Source of the DNA: Endomicrobiales bacterium
GTDB lineage: Bacteria; Elusimicrobiota; Endomicrobiia; Endomicrobiales; CAWCFT01
DNA length: 64,000 nt
Direction of reading: 5' to 3'
Assembly (NCBI GenBank): GCA_963794945.1
Contig: CAWCFT010000002.1
Location: 117,581 to 181,580, forward strand
The notes below the pieces were generated by a model that did no database searches, had not been told where the DNA came from, and saw only the letters and a program-made list of their open reading frames with translations. The translations under genes were made by a program, and so were the position numbers. Every line of letters begins with the position of its first letter. Position 1 is the first letter of the stretch. Shown here in pieces: positions 53,714 to 62,562 of the stretch.

Positions 53714-54237
53714 GCACTATAAACTTCATCTCCCAGCTTATAATACCGGTTTTTATACTTTTCATAACGGTCTACGGGCTTGTAAAGAAAGTTAGCCTGT
53801 ACAACTCTTTCGTCTCCGGCGCCAAGGACGGCATAAACATCATCATCAAGATATTTCCGTACATACTGGCTATTTTCTTAGCGATAAAATGTTTCCAGTC
53901 CTCTGGCGCTTATGACTTCATAAAAAGCGGGTTCGCTCTGCTGTCGCCAATACTGAACATCCCCGCAGAAGTGTTTTCTATTGCCATAATAAAGCCTCTC
54001 TCTAACAGCGCATCGCTCGGCATATTCACCGATATCATAAAAACGACCGGGCCCAACTCCACTGCCACCATTACTTCTGCGGTCATCATAGGCAGTGCCG
54101 AAACGACGTTTTATGTGCTCGCTGTTTACCTCGGTGCATCGGGTGTCAAGAAAACCAAATACCTCGTGCCGGTATGCGTCGTAGCTGACATCGTGGGAAT
54201 AATAGTCGCGATATCCGTAGTTAAACTGATGTTCTAA
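53710..54237 (+). CDS. spmB: Spore maturation protein B-like membrane protein
   Basis: YNSFVSGAKDG; KPLS; GSAETTFYVLAVYLG. Confidence 0.9.
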   Translation: MSTINFISQLIIPVFILFITVYGLVKKVSLYNSFVSGAKDGINIIIKIFPYILAIFLAIKCFQSSGAYDFIKSGFALLSPILNIPAEVFSIAIIKPLSNSASLGIFTDIIKTTGPNSTATITSAVIIGSAETTFYVLAVYLGASGVKKTKYLVPVCVVADIVGIIVAISVVKLMF

Positions 54238-54242
54238 AAACC

Positions 54243-54932
54243 ATGTGCAGAATGATCGGCATCACCAATTTTGATCTTCGTAAACACAAGGATATCCTTG
54301 AGGGGTTCTTCGGGCTTGCTATTAACGGCAACGTCCCTCCTAAAAACGAGCCGGGCCACCTTGACGGATGGGGGATAGGCTATTACAAGAACAACAAGCC
54401 GAGGGTAATAAAAAGCGGCGGGTCGGTGGTGAAAGAGAGCAAACGTTTTTTCGGCTCGCTCAAGCGGATAAAATCTTCTAAAATCCTTATAGTGCATTTC
54501 AGAAAATCTGCGTGGGACAAGACCTCGAAGAAACAGCATGCTCACCCGTTTTATTTCAAGAATTTTATTTTCGCCCACAACGGGACTTTGTACGACTACA
54601 AGAAGCTGTTGGATTCAATTCCAAGATCATTTCAGCCCGCGCCGTCCGCACTGGACACTGAAGTCTTCTTCAGGTTCCTGTTAGAGGGCTTCCCGGGCAG
54701 TTTCAATTCGAAGGTCAAAACCGCGGCCAAGCTGAGCAAATTTTCCGCGATGAACTTCATCATGAGCGACGGTAGCAAACTCTACGCTTACAGACGTTTC
54801 TCCAAGTGGGCAGACTATTACACGTTCTACACTGCCAAGTCCGGCAACTCCTGCATTGTCTCATCTGAAAAGGTTTCGCCCAAGCTCAGCTGGAGCCTGC
54901 TGAGAGTGAACAACCTTCTTACCATTGGCTGA
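54243..54932 (+). CDS. Class II glutamine amidotransferase (Ntn hydrolase)
   Basis: MCRMIG; HLDGWGIGYY; HFRKS; HPF; FAHNGT; DTE. Confidence 0.88.
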   Translation: MCRMIGITNFDLRKHKDILEGFFGLAINGNVPPKNEPGHLDGWGIGYYKNNKPRVIKSGGSVVKESKRFFGSLKRIKSSKILIVHFRKSAWDKTSKKQHAHPFYFKNFIFAHNGTLYDYKKLLDSIPRSFQPAPSALDTEVFFRFLLEGFPGSFNSKVKTAAKLSKFSAMNFIMSDGSKLYAYRRFSKWADYYTFYTAKSGNSCIVSSEKVSPKLSWSLLRVNNLLTIG

Positions 54933-54950
54933 AACATAAAATACTCAATA

Positions 54951-54991
54951 AAAAAAGACCGTCAAGCAAATACCTGCCGGTCTTCTTTTTT
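54951..54991. terminator. Bidirectional intrinsic terminator between convergent genes
   Basis: aaaaaagaccg...cggtctt-cttttt. Confidence 0.65.
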
Positions 54992-55007
54992 AAACGTGAT
55001 TATTACT

Positions 55008-55220
55008 TTATTGCGCCTTTTTTACATTGACTGCGCGAGGGCCTTTCTCGTTCTGCTCGATGTCGAATTCAACCACATCGGCTTCCCTGAGCGTCTTTTT
55101 GCCGGGCGTATCTGAAGATATGCCGGTGTAATGTACGAAAACGTCACCGCTTCCGTCGTCATTGGCAATGAAACCAATCCCTTTCGCGTCGTTAAACCAC
55201 TTCACTTTTCCTTTTGCCAT
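55008..55220 (-). CDS. Cold-shock domain protein
   Basis: [41 protein letters not shown]. Confidence 0.96.
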   Translation of the reverse strand: MAKGKVKWFNDAKGIGFIANDDGSGDVFVHYTGISSDTPGKKTLREADVVEFDIEQNEKGPRAVNVKKAQ

Positions 55221-55268
55221 ACACTTTTCTCCTTATCACTGTCTTTCCCTATGACAGGATCCATTTGT

Positions 55269-55298
55269 ATTATAGCAAATCAAAAGCCGCTTTTACAA
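55269..55298 (-). promoter_or_regulatory. Promoter of the cold-shock gene
   Basis: TTGTAA-N18-TATAAT with TGn extension on the minus strand. Confidence 0.6.
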
Positions 55299-55352
55299 AG
55301 ATTTGTTACAAAATTCCGGCCTGACTATTTTGGCTGAAATATCAAATATTTA

Positions 55353-55381
55353 TTGACATAAAAACGTTTTTTTTATAAACT
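55353..55381 (+). promoter_or_regulatory. Promoter of the nspC operon
   Basis: TTGACA-N17-TAAACT. Confidence 0.65.
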
Positions 55382-55471
55382 ACATTAGCAAGAGAAAATT
55401 AATCGCACCGCAAATACGATATCCGGCCAGATATGGGCTGAAAAGCAAATTTAATTTTAATGAGGAATTAA

Positions 55472-56608
55472 TTGGATCACAGCAAGAAAACAACCGGCCC
55501 TAGAGAACCTTTAAGAACACCTTACTATCTTATCGACGAAAACAAACTATTAAAGAACCTCAAGATCATAGAGCGCGTCAGGAATGAGTCCGGCGCAAGA
55601 TCCGTCCTGGCCCTAAAGTGTTTTTCAACATGGAGCGTTTTCGGCCTGATGAAACGCCATATGGACGGCACCACCAGCAGCTCACTCTATGAGGCGAGGT
55701 TGGGAAGGGAAAAATTCGGCAAGGAAGTGCACGCGTACAGTGTGGGTTACTCCAGAGAAGACATAAAGGAAGTTAAGAAATACGCGGACAAGATAATATT
55801 CAATTCAGTCTCGCAGCTCAAAGCTTTTCAAAAGGATGTGAGCGGTTTTAACATTGGTTTGCGGGTGAATCCCGGCGTAAGCATGTCGCACTTCGACCTC
55901 GCTGACCCGGCCAGACGCTATTCGAGGCTTGGTGTAACTGACATGAAAGCTCTTGCAGACATAGCGCCTTTGATAAGCGGTGTTATGTTCCACTTCAACT
56001 GCGAGAACGAGGACTTCGCCAACCTTTCCAAGAGCCTCGACTTCATTGGGCTAAAATACGGAAAGATCATCAAAGAACTAAAGTGGGTAAGCCTCGGCGG
56101 CGGATTGTATTTTACCAAAGAAGGCTATCCGGTAGAAAAGTTCTGCGCGAAGCTTAGAGAGTTTAGCAGCAGGTTCGGCGTGCAGGTGTACCTCGAGCCA
56201 GGCGAAGCGGCCATAACGCAGGCGGCGGAACTTGTCACGACAGTCTTAGATATTGTGCATAACGCGATGGATATAGCCATAGTAGACGCTTCAACCGAAG
56301 CACACATGCTCGACCTGCTTATCTACCGAATAGACGCGAAGCTCGGTAAGCCCGGCAAGGGGCCCTATAAGTATATGATAGCTGGAAGATCATGCCTCGC
56401 AGGCGACGTGTTCGGTACTTACAAGATCAACCAGGAACTCAAACCCGGCGACGTAATACGGTTCAGCGACGCGGCTGGCTACACGATGGTAAAGAAAAAC
56501 TGGTTCAATGGCCTGCAGATGCCGTCTATCGCGGTCAGGCGCCTTAACGGCAGAATGGAAGTTGTGCGCGAATTCGATTACAACGATTTCAAGAATAGTT
56601 TATCGTAA
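55472..56608 (+). CDS. nspC: Carboxynorspermidine decarboxylase
   Basis: LALKCFSTW; GTTSSSLYEARLG; LGGG; YLEPGE; SCLAGDVFG; YTMVKKNWFNG. Confidence 0.95.
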   Translation: MDHSKKTTGPREPLRTPYYLIDENKLLKNLKIIERVRNESGARSVLALKCFSTWSVFGLMKRHMDGTTSSSLYEARLGREKFGKEVHAYSVGYSREDIKEVKKYADKIIFNSVSQLKAFQKDVSGFNIGLRVNPGVSMSHFDLADPARRYSRLGVTDMKALADIAPLISGVMFHFNCENEDFANLSKSLDFIGLKYGKIIKELKWVSLGGGLYFTKEGYPVEKFCAKLREFSSRFGVQVYLEPGEAAITQAAELVTTVLDIVHNAMDIAIVDASTEAHMLDLLIYRIDAKLGKPGKGPYKYMIAGRSCLAGDVFGTYKINQELKPGDVIRFSDAAGYTMVKKNWFNGLQMPSIAVRRLNGRMEVVREFDYNDFKNSLS

Positions 56609-56629
56609 TAACAGGAGGCGGAAAACATC

Positions 56630-57904
56630 ATGAAACAAAACGTTTTAATTGTCGGTGCAGGCGGAGTCGCACACGTGGCGGCGCACAAGGCGGCACAGAA
56701 CAATGATGTTTTGGGCAACATCTGTATAGCTTCGCGCACGCTACGTAAATGCGATAAAATAATCGAAAGTGTAAAAAGAAAGAACAACATGAAGGATACG
56801 AGCAAAAAGCTATACTCGCGGCAGGTTGACGCGCTCGATATTCCCGCAATGGTTAACCTGATAAAAGAAACTAATTCTCAGATAGTAATAAACCTCGGAA
56901 TATCGTTCTTAAACATGTCTATACTTGAAGCGTGTATACAGGCTGGCGTTGTCTACATGGACACAGCGATCCACGAAGAACCGGGCAAAGTCTGCGAGGA
57001 CCCGCCCTGGTACGCCAACTACGAGTGGCAGAGGAAGGACCGCTGCAGGGAAAACGGCATCACAGCCATACTCGGTGTCGGGTTCGACCCGGGGATTGTG
57101 AACGCATACTGCTCATACGCTGTCAAACATCATTTCGACTCAATCGACACGATAGACATAATGGACGTCAACGCCGGCAACCACGGCAAATATTTTGCCA
57201 CCAATTTTGACCCTGAAATTAACTTCAGGGAATTCAAAAAGGTCTGGACCTGGATAGACCGCAAATGGGTTGAAAAGAAAGTTCACACGATAAAGAAGTT
57301 GTACGAGTTCCCGGTAGTCGGAACCCAGACGGTATATCTTACGGGCCATGACGAACTGCACTCACTGTCAAAAAACATTGACGCCAACAGCATTCGCTTC
57401 TGGATGGGCTTCAGCGACCACTACATCAACGTCTTCACGGTGCTCTCCAAGATCGGACTTACTTCAGAAAAACCGGTCAGGACAGCGGAGGGTCTTGAGG
57501 TCGTTCCGCTTAAACTTCTTAAAGCCGTGCTGCCTGACCCATTGTCGCTCGCCAAAAACTACACAGGCAAAACCTGCATAGGCACGCTTATCAAGGGCAA
57601 CAAGAACCTTGCCGAAAGGGAAGTATTCATTTACAATGTCTGCGACCACGCGGAATGCTACAAAGAAGTGGAGTCACAGGCCATCAGCTACACGGCAGGA
57701 GTGCCTCCAATAGCGGCCGCTATGCTTGTCGCGAAGGGTGCGTGGGACGTAAAGACCATGGTTAATGTGGAAGAGCTTGACCCAGATCCGTTCATAGAGC
57801 TTCTGAATAAGATGGGCCTGCCCACTGAGATACAGGAGACACGGGCGGCCGCTCCAAAAGCAAAAAAGATCGCTCCGGCGAAAAAGAAAAAGCGCGCTAA
57901 ATAG
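56630..57904 (+). CDS. Carboxy(nor)spermidine dehydrogenase (saccharopine dehydrogenase family)
   Basis: IVGAGGVA; GVGFDPG; FATNFDPEINFRE; SQAISYTAGVP; adjacent to nspC. Confidence 0.92.
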   Translation: MKQNVLIVGAGGVAHVAAHKAAQNNDVLGNICIASRTLRKCDKIIESVKRKNNMKDTSKKLYSRQVDALDIPAMVNLIKETNSQIVINLGISFLNMSILEACIQAGVVYMDTAIHEEPGKVCEDPPWYANYEWQRKDRCRENGITAILGVGFDPGIVNAYCSYAVKHHFDSIDTIDIMDVNAGNHGKYFATNFDPEINFREFKKVWTWIDRKWVEKKVHTIKKLYEFPVVGTQTVYLTGHDELHSLSKNIDANSIRFWMGFSDHYINVFTVLSKIGLTSEKPVRTAEGLEVVPLKLLKAVLPDPLSLAKNYTGKTCIGTLIKGNKNLAEREVFIYNVCDHAECYKEVESQAISYTAGVPPIAAAMLVAKGAWDVKTMVNVEELDPDPFIELLNKMGLPTEIQETRAAAPKAKKIAPAKKKKRAK

Positions 57905-57909
57905 CGCAC

Positions 57910-58079
57910 GTTAGACAGATGTGAACTTACGCCCATCAAGCTCCGGCTCGCAATTCTATAGAGGTTTTAAGGTTAGGCTTGAGCCTACCATTGTAGTGAG
58001 ACAAGCGGTCAGCAAATGTCCGCTCTCAAACACTTCGCAACGTATACCGCACCTAGCTTAGCAGCCACATTCATTTTCT
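57910..58079 (-). ncRNA. Candidate 6S-like RNA (~170 nt rod with central bubble)
   Basis: Folded by eye on the minus strand: AUGUGG/UCACAU, AAGCU/AGCUU, GGUGCGGU/AUUGCG(AG)CC, unpaired centre, UUUGAG/CUCAAG, AGCGG/CCGCU; TATAAT at 58091-58086 upstream. Confidence 0.45.
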
Positions 58080-58105
58080 GGGATAATTATATCGAAAATA
58101 CTTTT

Positions 58106-59413
58106 ATGAAATATTTCATCAAGACCTATGGGTGTCAGATGAACATGGCGGATTCCGAGGCTATATCTGTATGTCTTGAATCGGAGGGTTTTCTTCGGAC
58201 ACATGATATCAAGGAAGCTTCTATAATAATCCTCAACACCTGCTCGGTCAGGCAGCTGCCTGAGCAAAAGGCTTACTCTTTCCTTGGAAGAGCCGAACCA
58301 TTCAAAAAGAAAAACCCCGGTATTAAGATAATAGTGGCAGGCTGCATGGCCCAGAGGGCCGGAAAGGAAATAAAGAAACGTTTTCCGATAGTTGACCTTG
58401 TCGTCGGCGCAACCGAGATATCAGGTTTCCATGAAATACTAAAGAACAAATTAAAAATCTGGCGGCACGGAAAAACTCCTACCGCACACATACCGACTAT
58501 ACCGGCTTTGCAAGCCAGTCCGGTATCGGCTTTCGTCACGATCATGAGGGGCTGCGAGAATTTCTGTTCATACTGTGTGGTACCGTTCGTACGGGGGCCC
58601 GAAATCAGCAAACCATACCGCGAAATATTAGCCGAGACAAGAAACCTCTTGAACGGGGGAATTAAAGAAGTAACTCTTCTTGGGCAAAACGTCAACAGCT
58701 ATCTCGACAAGACAATAACTACCGCCAGGCCGCTTGACTTTACCGACCTTCTGAGGGAGATAAGCCTTCTTGAAAAGCTGGAACGTGTAAGGTTCATGAC
58801 GAACCACCCCAAAGACCTCAGCGATAAACTCATAGCCGCGATGGCGGAAATGCCAAAGGTGTGTGAACACCTGCACCTGCCTTTACAGTCAGGCTCTGAC
58901 CGAGTGCTTAAGGCCATGAACCGAGGGTACACTGCAAAACACTATATGTCCATATTGGATAAAGCAAAAGCGCGCATGCCGGGATTAAATATTACCACCG
59001 ATATACTTGTTGGTTTCCCCGGCGAGACTGAAGATGATATAAGAGAAACGCTGGGAGTTATAAAAACCGCTGGGTTCGATTCGCTTTTCGCCTTTAAGTA
59101 TTCCGCCCGCCCCGGCACAGCGGCCGCGAAGATTGAGGACAATGTTACCCTGCCCGAGAAGGAAGAACGCCTCAACCGCGTGCTTGAGCTTGGTAACGGG
59201 ATTTCGTGCGAAAAAAATGCTAAACTTATCAACAGTGTCCAGGAAGTCCTAGTCGAATTCAGCAACGGCGGCATGTACGAAGGGCGCACGCGTTCCAATA
59301 AAAAAGTTTCATTCTCTTCGGGAATAGATCTAACGGGTAAAATAACGAACGTAAAAATAATCGATGTGAAAATTAATTCTCTCACGGGAAAACTCGAACA
59401 GGTCTTACGATGA
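58106..59413 (+). CDS. miaB: tRNA-2-methylthio-N6-isopentenyladenosine synthase
   Basis: TYGCQMNMADS; LNTCSVR; GCMAQ; GCENFCSYCVVPFVRG; LLGQNVNSY; HLPLQSGS; TRAM domain. Confidence 0.95.
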   Translation: MKYFIKTYGCQMNMADSEAISVCLESEGFLRTHDIKEASIIILNTCSVRQLPEQKAYSFLGRAEPFKKKNPGIKIIVAGCMAQRAGKEIKKRFPIVDLVVGATEISGFHEILKNKLKIWRHGKTPTAHIPTIPALQASPVSAFVTIMRGCENFCSYCVVPFVRGPEISKPYREILAETRNLLNGGIKEVTLLGQNVNSYLDKTITTARPLDFTDLLREISLLEKLERVRFMTNHPKDLSDKLIAAMAEMPKVCEHLHLPLQSGSDRVLKAMNRGYTAKHYMSILDKAKARMPGLNITTDILVGFPGETEDDIRETLGVIKTAGFDSLFAFKYSARPGTAAAKIEDNVTLPEKEERLNRVLELGNGISCEKNAKLINSVQEVLVEFSNGGMYEGRTRSNKKVSFSSGIDLTGKITNVKIIDVKINSLTGKLEQVLR

Positions 59414-59983
59414 AAAAAATACTGTTGATCGCAGTGCCCTCGGCCATCGTGTTGCTGGTGTTCTTGTTTTTTTTCGAATTTCCTATTAACATCATACGCC
59501 CCGTGTTCCACACAGACGCTATCAACCATTGCGCTAAGGAATTCGGCATTGACCCGCTTCTCATTACGTCAATAGTTAAGGTGGAATCAAACTTTTTGCG
59601 GCGGGCCAGGTCGCACAGGGGAGCCGTGGGGCTTATGCAAGTGTCTGCCGTCCACAGCAGTTGAGCTTGCCCCGGAGCTCGGCTATAATGATTTCGCAAA
59701 AGTTGACCTCGAGAACTCCGAGACGAACATACGCTTTGGATCCTTATACATGAAAAAACTTTTAACAGAGTTCAACGGCAATCTCATTCTCGCGATAGCG
59801 TCGTACAATGCCGGCAAAACAAAGGTTCAAGGCTGGTACATGCAGAACCCGCTCATCGCCGTTGAGCCTGATGACATACCCTATAAAGAGACCAGGAACT
59901 ACGTTAAGAGCGTTCTAAGGACTTACTCCTGGCTTTCGAGGCTCCACAGGCTAACCAGCAGTATCAGAGCGGGAAGAAGCTAG
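59410..59983 (+). CDS. Lytic transglycosylase (SLT domain), frameshift near 59645
   Basis: IVKVESNF; GAVGLMQ; ASYNAG; IPYKETRNYV. Confidence 0.88.
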
Positions 59984-60012
59984 TGCAATCAAATAGGTAA
60001 ATATTAAATAAT

Positions 60013-62562
60013 ATGACCTACAAAGAACAAAATAGAACCCGCAACAACGAAGGAACGCCGGTCAAAACCACGCTGACACCTTTAATGCAGCAGTACAGTG
60101 CCATTAAGGCAGAGCACCCAGGCGTTATACTCTTTTTCCGCCTTGGGGATTTTTATGAGATGTTCGGGGAAGACGCTGTAAAAGCTTCTGCGCTGCTTGA
60201 AGTCGTGCTGACAAAACGTCAGAGTGTGCCCATGTGCGGCGTGCCCTATCACGCGGCTAATTCTTATATCAGAAAGTTGATCAAGGCCGGTGAAAAAGTA
60301 GCCGTTTGTGAACAGCTTGAAGAACCCGGCCCCGGCAAGGGCATAGTCAAGAGAGGGGTCGTCAGGATAATAACACCAGGCACACTTATCGAAGACAACC
60401 TCCTCGACTCAAAAATTAATAACTTCCTTGTATCTGTCTTCCCTTCAGCAAACGGATCATCGTTCGGGCTCGCGGCGGTTGACGTATCAACAGGTGAATT
60501 CCTTGCATCAGAAGTGCTGAGAGAAAAGCTGAAAACCGAGCTGTTCAGAATAAACCCCGGGGAAATAGTAATACCCGACAGCATGGCAGGCGACCAGTAC
60601 TTCAAGATGCTGTGCTCTGGTCTAGGGTTTCCTTTGACAAATATGGAAGGCTGGCGGTTCGCTGCTTCCGAATCCTCCGCCAAGCTCATTTCATTTTTCA
60701 AGCTTCAGTCGCTCAAACCTCTGGGTATAGAAGACAAACCTCTCGCCGTTTCGGCCTGCGGAGGGATAATTTCTTACCTGGAAAAAACGCAGGGCTCGGA
60801 TAACCCGCCGGCGCTCATGCGTATAAAGTACTACTCTTCCGATGACTATCTCCTATTGGATGAGACCGCGATAAAGAACTTAGAACTGCTGGAAGGCCTC
60901 TCATCAAGAAACAGAGAAAATTCGCTATTAGAAAGCGTTGACCTGACCCTTACGGCTATGGGCGGAAGGGCACTAAGGCAGTGGCTAATGAAACCGTTGT
61001 TGCAGCGAGATAAGATCAACTCTAGGCAGCTCGCGGTGGAATACTTCGTTGAAGACGGACTTTTGAGGCGGTTTGTCCGCGACAGATTAAAGGAAGTAGC
61101 CGATATCGAGCGCATACTCTCGAGGCTATCATCGCTCAGTGCGGGGCCGAGGGAACTCATAGCATTGAAAACTTCTATCAACACCCTCTCGTCTATATCC
61201 TGCGAAATTCTAAAGCAGAAGGCCCTTATTTCTTCCGAAGAGGTGATATCTTCTCTTGCGGAAAGATTAAAACCTCCTAATGAAGTCCAAGATATAATAG
61301 CGAAAGCGATAAACGACGACCCGCCAGCCGTTATCAAAGACGGCGGAGTCATACGCGAAGGTTATGTGGCAGAACTTGATGATTTAAGAAATATAAGCCG
61401 TGAAAGTAAGAAACTCATTTCGGATATGGAACAGGCCGAACGAAAGAAGACCGGCATTAACTCGCTCAAGATCGGGTACACTTCAGTATTCGGTTACTAC
61501 ATAGAGGTATCAAAATCCAACCTGCACCTTATAAGCCCGGATTACATAAGGAAGCAAACGGTAGCAAGCGGCGAACGTTTCATTACCCCGGAGCTTAAGG
61601 TCTTCGAAGGCAAGATCCTCTCCGCGCAGGAAAAGATAGCAAACCTCGAAGACATCACCTTCAAGAATGTTTGCAGAGATATATTAAGCTATGTGGACCG
61701 CATACAGATATCGGCCCTGGCCACGGCCGAGCTTGATGTCTACGCATCATTCGCCGAGAAAGCTGTGCTCAACAATTATGTTAAACCTGAGATTCTTGAC
61801 AGCACCGAGCTCGATATTAAAGATGGAAGGCACCCTGTAGTAGAAAACCGAATCAAGAGCGGGTCTTTTGTTTCCAACGACACATACTTAGACGGCCATA
61901 CAGACCAGATAATGCTACTCACCGGACCGAACATGGCGGGCAAATCGACTTACCTGCGGCAAGTGGCGCTCATCGTGATCCTCGCGCAGTCCGGGTCTTA
62001 TGTACCATGCTCCAGCGCGCGCTTGGGTATAGTAGACAGGATTTTTACGAGGATCGGTGCAGGTGACAACCTCACCGGCGGCGAGTCTACTTTCATGGTC
62101 GAGATGCACGAGACGGCGAATATTTTAAACCAGCACACTAAAAGAAGCCTAATAATATTGGATGAGGTCGGGAGAGGGACCTCTACATACGACGGCATCT
62201 CAATCGCGTGGTCCGCCGTTGAATACCTCTCCAAGGCCCGGGACAATGAGGGCATAGGCCCCAAGGTATTGTTCGCGACGCACTATTTTGAACTGACCGA
62301 GCTTGAGGGAAAACTTTCTGGGGTCAAGAACTATAATGTTTCAGTCAAAGAGTGGGAGGGGGAGGTAGTGTTCCTGCACAAGATAGTGTCGGGCGGGGCA
62401 GACCGCTCTTATGGTATACATGTCGCCAAGCTGGCAGGCCTTCCATCTGAAGTCATCGACAGGGCCTATGGTATTCTTTCTTCGCTCGAGCGCAAACCAG
62501 TTACAGACTTTCCAGCGCGACCCAAGGAACAACTTGATTTCTTCACTGTTGCAAGCAAGTAG
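60013..62562 (+). CDS. mutS: DNA mismatch repair protein MutS, 3' end clipped by an IS
   Basis: FFRLGDFYEMF; TGPNMAGKSTYLRQ; STFMVEM; DEVGRGTST; ATHYFEL; SYGIHVA; ends QLDFF-TVASK*. Confidence 0.97.
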   Translation: MTYKEQNRTRNNEGTPVKTTLTPLMQQYSAIKAEHPGVILFFRLGDFYEMFGEDAVKASALLEVVLTKRQSVPMCGVPYHAANSYIRKLIKAGEKVAVCEQLEEPGPGKGIVKRGVVRIITPGTLIEDNLLDSKINNFLVSVFPSANGSSFGLAAVDVSTGEFLASEVLREKLKTELFRINPGEIVIPDSMAGDQYFKMLCSGLGFPLTNMEGWRFAASESSAKLISFFKLQSLKPLGIEDKPLAVSACGGIISYLEKTQGSDNPPALMRIKYYSSDDYLLLDETAIKNLELLEGLSSRNRENSLLESVDLTLTAMGGRALRQWLMKPLLQRDKINSRQLAVEYFVEDGLLRRFVRDRLKEVADIERILSRLSSLSAGPRELIALKTSINTLSSISCEILKQKALISSEEVISSLAERLKPPNEVQDIIAKAINDDPPAVIKDGGVIREGYVAELDDLRNISRESKKLISDMEQAERKKTGINSLKIGYTSVFGYYIEVSKSNLHLISPDYIRKQTVASGERFITPELKVFEGKILSAQEKIANLEDITFKNVCRDILSYVDRIQISALATAELDVYASFAEKAVLNNYVKPEILDSTELDIKDGRHPVVENRIKSGSFVSNDTYLDGHTDQIMLLTGPNMAGKSTYLRQVALIVILAQSGSYVPCSSARLGIVDRIFTRIGAGDNLTGGESTFMVEMHETANILNQHTKRSLIILDEVGRGTSTYDGISIAWSAVEYLSKARDNEGIGPKVLFATHYFELTELEGKLSGVKNYNVSVKEWEGEVVFLHKIVSGGADRSYGIHVAKLAGLPSEVIDRAYGILSSLERKPVTDFPARPKEQLDFFTVASK

